In this document: positions 59,623 through 64,000 of the stretch, in pieces | Position numbering within the stretch: position 1 is the stretch's first letter | Layout of the letters: each line of letters opens with the position of its first letter | From: a virus | Virus record (IMG/VR): IMGVR_UViG_3300023174_000061 | Length of the DNA: 64,000 nucleotides | Strand: one strand, 5' to 3' | Position numbers and translations under genes: made by a program | The notes under the pieces: generated by a model | Told to the model about the DNA's origin: nothing | What the model saw: only the letters and a program-made list of their open reading frames with translations | Databases searched by the model: none

Positions 59623-59651
59623 CACTCTGTTAGGGTTGAAGATAAGTTATA
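59616..59651 (+). repeat. 36-nt element, copy 2 (inverted relative to 29482-29517)
   Basis: CTATAATCACTCTGTTAGGGTTGAAGATAAGTTATA; identical to the reverse complement of copy 1. Confidence 0.9.
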
Positions 59652-59685
59652 CTTATAAATAACTTGAATATTATTAGGGACCCGA

Positions 59686-60132
59686 ATGAGTTATGAAAAC
59701 CCTTGGTTATATCAAGGAAAAGTTTTTGAGACAGAAGATATTCAAGAGAATTTTGGATTTGTTTATTTGATAAGTTGTGAAGAAACTCAAAGAAAATATT
59801 TGGGAAGAAAATACTTTTGGTCTTTTAGAACACCAAAAGGAAAGAAAAGAAAAGTAAAACAAGAAAGTGATTGGAAAAATTATTATGGTTCTTGTCCTGA
59901 ATTAAAAGAAGACATAAAAAAACACGGAAAGGATAAGTTTCAAAGAACTATAGTGTCTCTTCATAAGACATTAGGCAAAACAAACTATGAAGAGACAAGG
60001 CAATTATTCTTAAATAACGTCCTGACGGAAGCACTTGACAGTGGAGTTCCTACGTATTATAATTCCAACATACTTTCAAGGTATTTTAGGAAGGATTACT
60101 TTAATGCGACTTCATATCAAGAAAATCTGTAA
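59686..60132 (+). CDS. Conserved GIY-YIG-like nuclease-domain protein
   Basis: GFVYLI.....RKYLGRKYF, ESDWKNYYGS, YYNSNI motifs. Confidence 0.7.
   Translation: MSYENPWLYQGKVFETEDIQENFGFVYLISCEETQRKYLGRKYFWSFRTPKGKKRKVKQESDWKNYYGSCPELKEDIKKHGKDKFQRTIVSLHKTLGKTNYEETRQLFLNNVLTEALDSGVPTYYNSNILSRYFRKDYFNATSYQENL
60035..60063 (+). promoter_or_regulatory. Perfect sigma70-type promoter inside the upstream ORF
   Basis: TTGACA-N17-TATAAT. Confidence 0.7.
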
Positions 60133-60298
60133 TGATACGATACAACAACATATTGATCGTATGCACGATTTGTGTGAAGAGGGTAGACCAAGAGATGCGG
60201 AATGTATCTATAGTGAAATCCGTGATTGGGTAATTCAAAAAGAAAATCTTGAAGTATTATCTCTCGATTATATCAGTGGAAACTTTTTAGATTTTTAA
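60104..60298 (+). CDS. Small hypothetical protein (64 aa)
   Basis: Start MRLHIKK with AAGGA RBS; directly downstream of the promoter at 60035. Confidence 0.6.
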   Translation: MRLHIKKICNDTIQQHIDRMHDLCEEGRPRDAECIYSEIRDWVIQKENLEVLSLDYISGNFLDF

Positions 60299-60325
60299 CC
60301 ATTTCTAAATACTGTGATATAATGT

Positions 60326-60467
60326 AAAAATCCATTTTTGGATTCCTATTATGAGTAGGTTTTAATATTATGAGAATTTGATTGTGAAAATTAGAGCCCA
60401 GGAAAGTGCCTCCCGAAAGGGTTGGTGTACCCCCTTTCTATTGGGATGTAGAATTCAGTAAAACTTA
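60326..60467 (+). ncRNA. Candidate structured 5' leader / cis-regulatory RNA of the lysozyme gene
   Basis: Follows TG-A-TATAAT (-10 at 60318-60323). GC-rich nested stems CCCAG-GAAAG/CTTTC-TA-TTGGG enclose TGCC-TCCC-GAAA-GGG-TT-GGTG. Confidence 0.45.
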
Positions 60468-61106
60468 ATGCAAAATTTCTTTACAGTAACCTTGCCCCTT
60501 TTGGCAGCGGTTACGACCAATACGGCAACATTGCCTGGTTTATTTCCTCCTCCCCCTGTCGGTGGTCCTCCACCGTTTTCTGTTATTAAGGAGTTTGAGA
60601 CCAAGACAACGACCAAAGAGGTTGTTCCCGAAAAGCCAAAAGAGAAAAGGTTAATTTGTAAAGGGTGTAATGAAAATGAAAATGTTGCCCTGAATTATTT
60701 TCAGGACATTGGAATTACAGATAAAAACGCCCTTGCTACTATCATGGGCAACATTAAACAGGAATCAACATTTCAGTCTAATGTTTGCGAAGGTGGTAGT
60801 AAAACCAGTTGGAGTAACTGCGGAGGTGGTTACGGACTAATTCAATTTACTTCTGCCTCTCGTTATTATGGATTGGGTGCATTTGCTAAAAAAATAGGAG
60901 GTAATCCTTCACATCTTCATACTCAACTTCGGTATATTTCTACTGAACCGCAGTGGAAAAATATTGAAAATGGAATGAAAGTTCCTGGTAAATCCATTAA
61001 TAGGTATATGAATTATGCATACAAATGGATTGGGTGGGGACACGCAGGTTCAAGAACTAATTATGCTTATGACTATGCTAAAAGATTAGTTCTTGCTAAT
61101 GCCTAA
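60468..61106 (+). CDS. Phage tail-lysozyme-like peptidoglycan hydrolase with N-terminal signal-like segment
   Basis: ALATIMGNIKQES, GYGLIQFT motifs; hydrophobic N-terminus and Pro-rich linker. Confidence 0.75.
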   Translation: MQNFFTVTLPLLAAVTTNTATLPGLFPPPPVGGPPPFSVIKEFETKTTTKEVVPEKPKEKRLICKGCNENENVALNYFQDIGITDKNALATIMGNIKQESTFQSNVCEGGSKTSWSNCGGGYGLIQFTSASRYYGLGAFAKKIGGNPSHLHTQLRYISTEPQWKNIENGMKVPGKSINRYMNYAYKWIGWGHAGSRTNYAYDYAKRLVLANA

Positions 61107-61148
61107 ATAACTTTACCTGACTTGTGTGGTAACTTTTCGGGTATGATT

Positions 61149-61172
61149 GGAGTGTTTCGGCACTCCTTTCTT
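61149..61172 (+). terminator. Hairpin/terminator after the lysozyme gene
   Basis: GGAGTG-TTTCGG-CACTCC followed by TTTCTT. Confidence 0.6.
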
Positions 61173-61206
61173 GTATAAATAGTAATACCACACAAGTTAG
61201 AGTAGT

Positions 61207-61857
61207 ATGAAACACTTTTATGTCTATTATTCCTATGAGGAATATGGAAGAGGTTATATTGGAAAAAGAGAATGCAGTTGTCTTCCAGAAGAAGATGTAA
61301 GTTATTTTGGAAGTTTTCACGATAAAATTTTCAACCCAACTCAAAAAATTATTTTAGAAACTTTTGATAGTGTAGAAGAGGCACTTGAAGCAGAATGTGC
61401 TCTTCATAATTTTTATGAGGTAAATAAAAATCCACACTTTGCTAATAGAGCAAAACAAACTTCTACTGGATTTTATTGTAATAAAGGACCAAGTAAAGAA
61501 GCAAACAAAAAAAGAAGTGAGTTGATGAAAACAGAATATAATCCTATGAGTAATCCAGAACTTAAAGAGAAAGCAAAAAAAAATTTGATTAAGACTTTGA
61601 GTAATCCAGAAATTAAAAAGAAAAAAAGTATAAGTGGAAAATTAGCACACAATCAACCAGAAGTAATTGAGAAACATAGACAGGCAGCAATCAAATCCCA
61701 TCAAAATCCGGGAACAAAAAGGAAACATATTGAGGCAAAACTTGGTGAGAAAAATCCTTGTTATGGTAAAAAATGGATTACGAATGGAAATGAAAACAAA
61801 TATATAAATGCTACTGATAAGGTTCCAGATGGTTTTCGGTATGGTAGAGTTTTATAA
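61207..61857 (+). mobile_element. Free-standing GIY-YIG (Seg-like) homing endonuclease
   Basis: YVYYSYEEYGRGYIGKR...YFGS, AN.AKQT, NUMOD-like basic repeats, NP.YGKKWITNG; own TATAAATA at 61174-61181. Confidence 0.85.
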
Positions 61858-61879
61858 ATAACTAAAAAGTATTAGTAAA

Positions 61880-62392
61880 ATGGACGCACAAGAACTTCGC
61901 AATCTTCAAGAAGCATATATGGAAGTTGTTATGAATGAAAATACTTCAGATAAATTGGCAGCAAAAGCAAAACAAGTTGCACAATCTACTACTTCATCTC
62001 TATCAAGACAAGAAGTGTATCGACTTCTTTCTTTAAAAGCAAAAAAACGTGCTTCTGGAGGTACTCCAGTTGAACGAGGAAAACTTAGAAGAAAAGTATC
62101 TTCTGTACCTCAGGCGGATTTTGATAGTGATTTGAGTAGAAGTGGATTAACACAATCTAAGAGAGATGAAAGAAGATATACATCAGGAGCATCTATTGGT
62201 CCTGGTGGAATAACTAAAAACCGCAAGAAACTTCGTAAGCAAAAGGTTATGGGAGAATTTGGAGAACAAGCAGACATCTACGACATCATCCTCTCACACT
62301 TACTTGATGAGGGTTATGCCGAAACACCAGAAGCAGCAGAAGCAATTATGGTGAATATGAGTGAAGAGTGGAGAGATAGTATTGTTGGGTAG
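61880..62392 (+). CDS. Basic protein flanked by acidic helices; putative capsid-internal protein
   Basis: MDAQELRNLQEAYMEVVMNE, an Arg/Lys-rich core, and a C-terminal acidic module; TATAAATA at 61853-61860. Confidence 0.6.
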   Translation: MDAQELRNLQEAYMEVVMNENTSDKLAAKAKQVAQSTTSSLSRQEVYRLLSLKAKKRASGGTPVERGKLRRKVSSVPQADFDSDLSRSGLTQSKRDERRYTSGASIGPGGITKNRKKLRKQKVMGEFGEQADIYDIILSHLLDEGYAETPEAAEAIMVNMSEEWRDSIVG

Positions 62393-62405
62393 AAGTCTGA
62401 TATAT

Positions 62406-62432
62406 AAGGGGAGTGTTTCTGCTCCCCTTTCT
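62406..62432 (+). terminator. Intrinsic terminator-like hairpin
   Basis: AAGGGGAGT-loop-GCTCCCCTT followed by TCT. Confidence 0.6.
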
Positions 62433-62433
62433 T

Positions 62434-62946
62434 ATGTCAAATGTAATATTAGAACTAGGTGGAAATCCAAATCGTTTGGATAAAGCAATAGAAGTTTTTA
62501 AGGAAAATCCAAATTCAATCATTATAATTTCAACAGAAGGAAGTTTGCAACTTTGTATAGATAAACTGAAATCTGCTGGCATACCAGATAATCAATATAT
62601 TTTTGATTATAGTGCTTGGGATACTGTAACTAATTTCACAGAAACTTATAATTTAATTAAATCAAAAACTCCTCAAAAGTTATTTGTAGTCACTGATGAA
62701 TTTCATATGAAGAGGTCATTAGTAATTGCAAATAATGTTTACTTCTCTACTGAAATTGATGTTATTCCTTGTCCTTATATGGGCGGAGATTTACAAAGAA
62801 TTGAAAAAGATTTGTTAATTTGGGGGGATTTTGTCCGTTCTTTAATATGGAAATTAACTGGTTATTTGTTTTATGATCCAAGTGTTAAAAATGAAAGAAT
62901 GCCTCAAATTAAAGCAGATGAAAAGTTAGTTAAAGAACTTTTATAA
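62434..62946 (+). CDS. YdcF/DUF218 (ElyC/SanA-like) family protein
   Basis: LELGG, AWDTVTNF, VVTDEFHMKRS motifs. Confidence 0.8.
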   Translation: MSNVILELGGNPNRLDKAIEVFKENPNSIIIISTEGSLQLCIDKLKSAGIPDNQYIFDYSAWDTVTNFTETYNLIKSKTPQKLFVVTDEFHMKRSLVIANNVYFSTEIDVIPCPYMGGDLQRIEKDLLIWGDFVRSLIWKLTGYLFYDPSVKNERMPQIKADEKLVKELL

Positions 62947-62947
62947 A

Positions 62948-63361
62948 ATGAACTTTAATTTTGGCAAACAAAAACCAGATATAAAGCAATATGCAATTAT
63001 AGGAATTGTATTGAGTTCTATTGTAGGATTACTTTCCCAATGTACTGGAATTAAACAGAATAATATTTGGGATTTACTTGATGAAGTTCAAAGAAGATAT
63101 TTTCCTCATAGCATTATCAACGAGTTTATACTTAAAGATCCAGAGAAACTTGACCGAAGAATACATCGTGATGTTGATGCAGCAATCGCAGAATATGAAC
63201 GGTTGACAGGGGATGATGGAAAGGTTAGAATACCTTCACCACGATACTCAGAGAAACCACCAGACGGGTCTTATGCCCAATCAGTTCTTGGTGGTGAAAT
63301 GAGATTGTGTGCTCCTTGGGTTGACGACTGCCCAAAAGATGCGAAATTAATTCAGCGGTAG
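62948..63361 (+). CDS. Hypothetical membrane-anchored protein; 3' end overlaps tRNA-Gly
   Basis: N-terminal TM segment YAIIGIVLSSIVGLLSQC; stop codon lies inside the tRNA D-arm. Confidence 0.6.
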   Translation: MNFNFGKQKPDIKQYAIIGIVLSSIVGLLSQCTGIKQNNIWDLLDEVQRRYFPHSIINEFILKDPEKLDRRIHRDVDAAIAEYERLTGDDGKVRIPSPRYSEKPPDGSYAQSVLGGEMRLCAPWVDDCPKDAKLIQR

Positions 63362-63412
63362 AATGTCTGCCTTCCAAGCAGAACGTCAGGAGTTCGAATC
63401 TCCTATTTCGCT
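63341..63412 (+). tRNA. tRNA-Gly (anticodon UCC), no encoded CCA
   Basis: Acceptor GCGAAAT/ATTTCGC; D-arm ATTC/GAAT; anticodon arm TCTGC-CTTCCAA-GCAGA; T-arm AGGAG-TTCGAAT-CTCCT. Confidence 0.95.
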
Positions 63413-63430
63413 TTCTTAACCAAATCTTAG

Positions 63431-63459
63431 TTGACAAATCAGAAGAAGTAGTTTAAGAT
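63431..63459 (+). promoter_or_regulatory. Sigma70-type promoter for the porin, flanked by Pho-box-like repeats
   Basis: TTGACA-N17-TAAGAT. CTTAACCA-AAT-CTTAG at 63415 and its inverted copy at 63466-63484. Confidence 0.6.
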
Positions 63460-63555
63460 GCCATTGTCTTAAGATTTGATTAAGATATCTAAATAACAAA
63501 GATTTACCTAGTTGTAAATCTTCACATTATCGTTTAGTATAAAAAAACAAACTTT

Positions 63556-64000
63556 ATGAAAATCAAACAACTGATGCTTGCACCTGTTGCTCTTGGTATG
63601 ATTGCTCCTGTTGCTGCGAATGCCGCAGACCTTAACTTGGCAGCAGTCAATCAATACTCAACTGGAGAACAGGTTTCAAGCGTCACACAATTGTCTGATG
63701 TTCGTCCTACGGATTGGGCATACCAGGCACTCAGCAATCTTGTTGAGAAATATGGTTGCGTTGCAGGTTATCCCAACGGAACTTTCCGTGGCGGTAAGTC
63801 AATGACACGTTTTGAGGCAGCAGCTCTTCTGAATGCTTGTCTTGATCGTGTAACTGAAACCACAGATGAACTTAAAAAACTTCTTGCTGAGTTTGATACA
63901 GAACTCACAATTCTGACTGCTCGTGTGGATGGTCTTGAGAACAAAGTTCGTACCCTTCAGGCACAACAATTCTCTACTACCACTAAACTGTCTGGTGAAG
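63556..64000 (+). CDS. Cyanobacterial outer-membrane porin (SomA/SomB-type, SLH domain + OprB-like barrel), 3'-truncated; absent from the ORF track
   Basis: Signal peptide MKIKQLMLAPVALGMIAPVAANA, SLH motif SDVRPTDWAYQALSNLVEKYGCVAGYPNGTFRG...TRFEAAALLNACLD, coiled coil, then QFSTTTKLSGE. Confidence 0.92.
   Translation, partial: MKIKQLMLAPVALGMIAPVAANAADLNLAAVNQYSTGEQVSSVTQLSDVRPTDWAYQALSNLVEKYGCVAGYPNGTFRGGKSMTRFEAAALLNACLDRVTETTDELKKLLAEFDTELTILTARVDGLENKVRTLQAQQFSTTTKLSGE

Noticed and set aside
59686-60132. Treating this gene as a mobile homing endonuclease or a metabolic enzyme
   Set aside because: It has only the short GIY-YIG-like domain, with no DNA-binding tail or metabolic motifs, so it was left as a conserved nuclease-domain protein.
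60294-60312. Pho-box-like TTTAACCA-TTT-CTAAATAC upstream of the lysozyme leader
   Set aside because: The second half-site is poor and coincides with a late-promoter motif; too weak in AT-rich DNA.
476-63437. Numerous minus-strand and alternate-frame ORFs in the ORF track (e.g. 20649-21224, 25928-26533, 39671-40189, 51011-51442)
   Set aside because: They lie opposite or inside well-supported + strand genes, lack RBS or motifs, and show shadow-frame composition.
63511-63528. NtcA site upstream of the porin (TGTAAATCTTCACA)
   Set aside because: The spacing does not fit GTA-N8-TAC.
63602-63805. 67-aa ORF from the track
   Set aside because: It is an alternate frame inside the porin gene that starts at 63556 and runs off the window.
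1-64000. CRISPR array or mini-array
   Set aside because: No regularly spaced direct repeats were seen. The 36-nt element has only two copies, inverted and 30 kb apart.
1-64000. Stop-codon reassignment
   Set aside because: Core genes are full length in the standard code; TAA, TGA and TAG all act as stops; the only tRNA is an ordinary Gly(UCC).

Overview
This window is 64 kb of an AT-rich T4-like myovirus genome. It is almost certainly a cyanophage, probably freshwater Synechococcus/Cyanobium-type, because it carries a cyanobacterial SLH-domain porin, Hsp20, MazG and the cyanophage-type gene order. Essentially all genes are on the + strand. The order is: baseplate gp8 and a 2478-aa VrlC/DUF4815-like protein; neck, tail, packaging and head genes (gp13-gp23); gp3, uvsY, uvsW, gp55, gp47, gp46, gp45, gp44, gp62, regA, hsp20, gp43, uvsX, gp41, mazG, gp61, nrdAB; then an accessory region with a tail-lysozyme-like hydrolase, YdcF/DUF218, tRNA-Gly(UCC) and the 5' part of a porin. 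Five free-standing endonuclease-like genes are interspersed. The strongest leads are: (1) a dispersed family of late-promoter, modular 'polyproteins' with T4 internal-protein-like capsid-targeting N-termini, [ILVM]-x-E prohead-protease-type junctions and a shared 40-aa acidic module, two of which carry enzyme domains (HAD phosphatase, nucleotidyltransferase); (2) an exact 36-nt element at two sites 30 kb apart in opposite orientation, each starting at the -10 box of a perfect TTGACA-N17-TATAAT promoter, one firing antisense near uvsW/gp55 (candidate R-loop origin or sRNA); (3) hairpins that enclose late promoters and mask the starts of three nucleases; (4) structured leaders upstream of hsp20 and the lysozyme; and (5) Pho-box-like repeats upstream of the phage porin. 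All family assignments are from motif recognition only; no searches were run.
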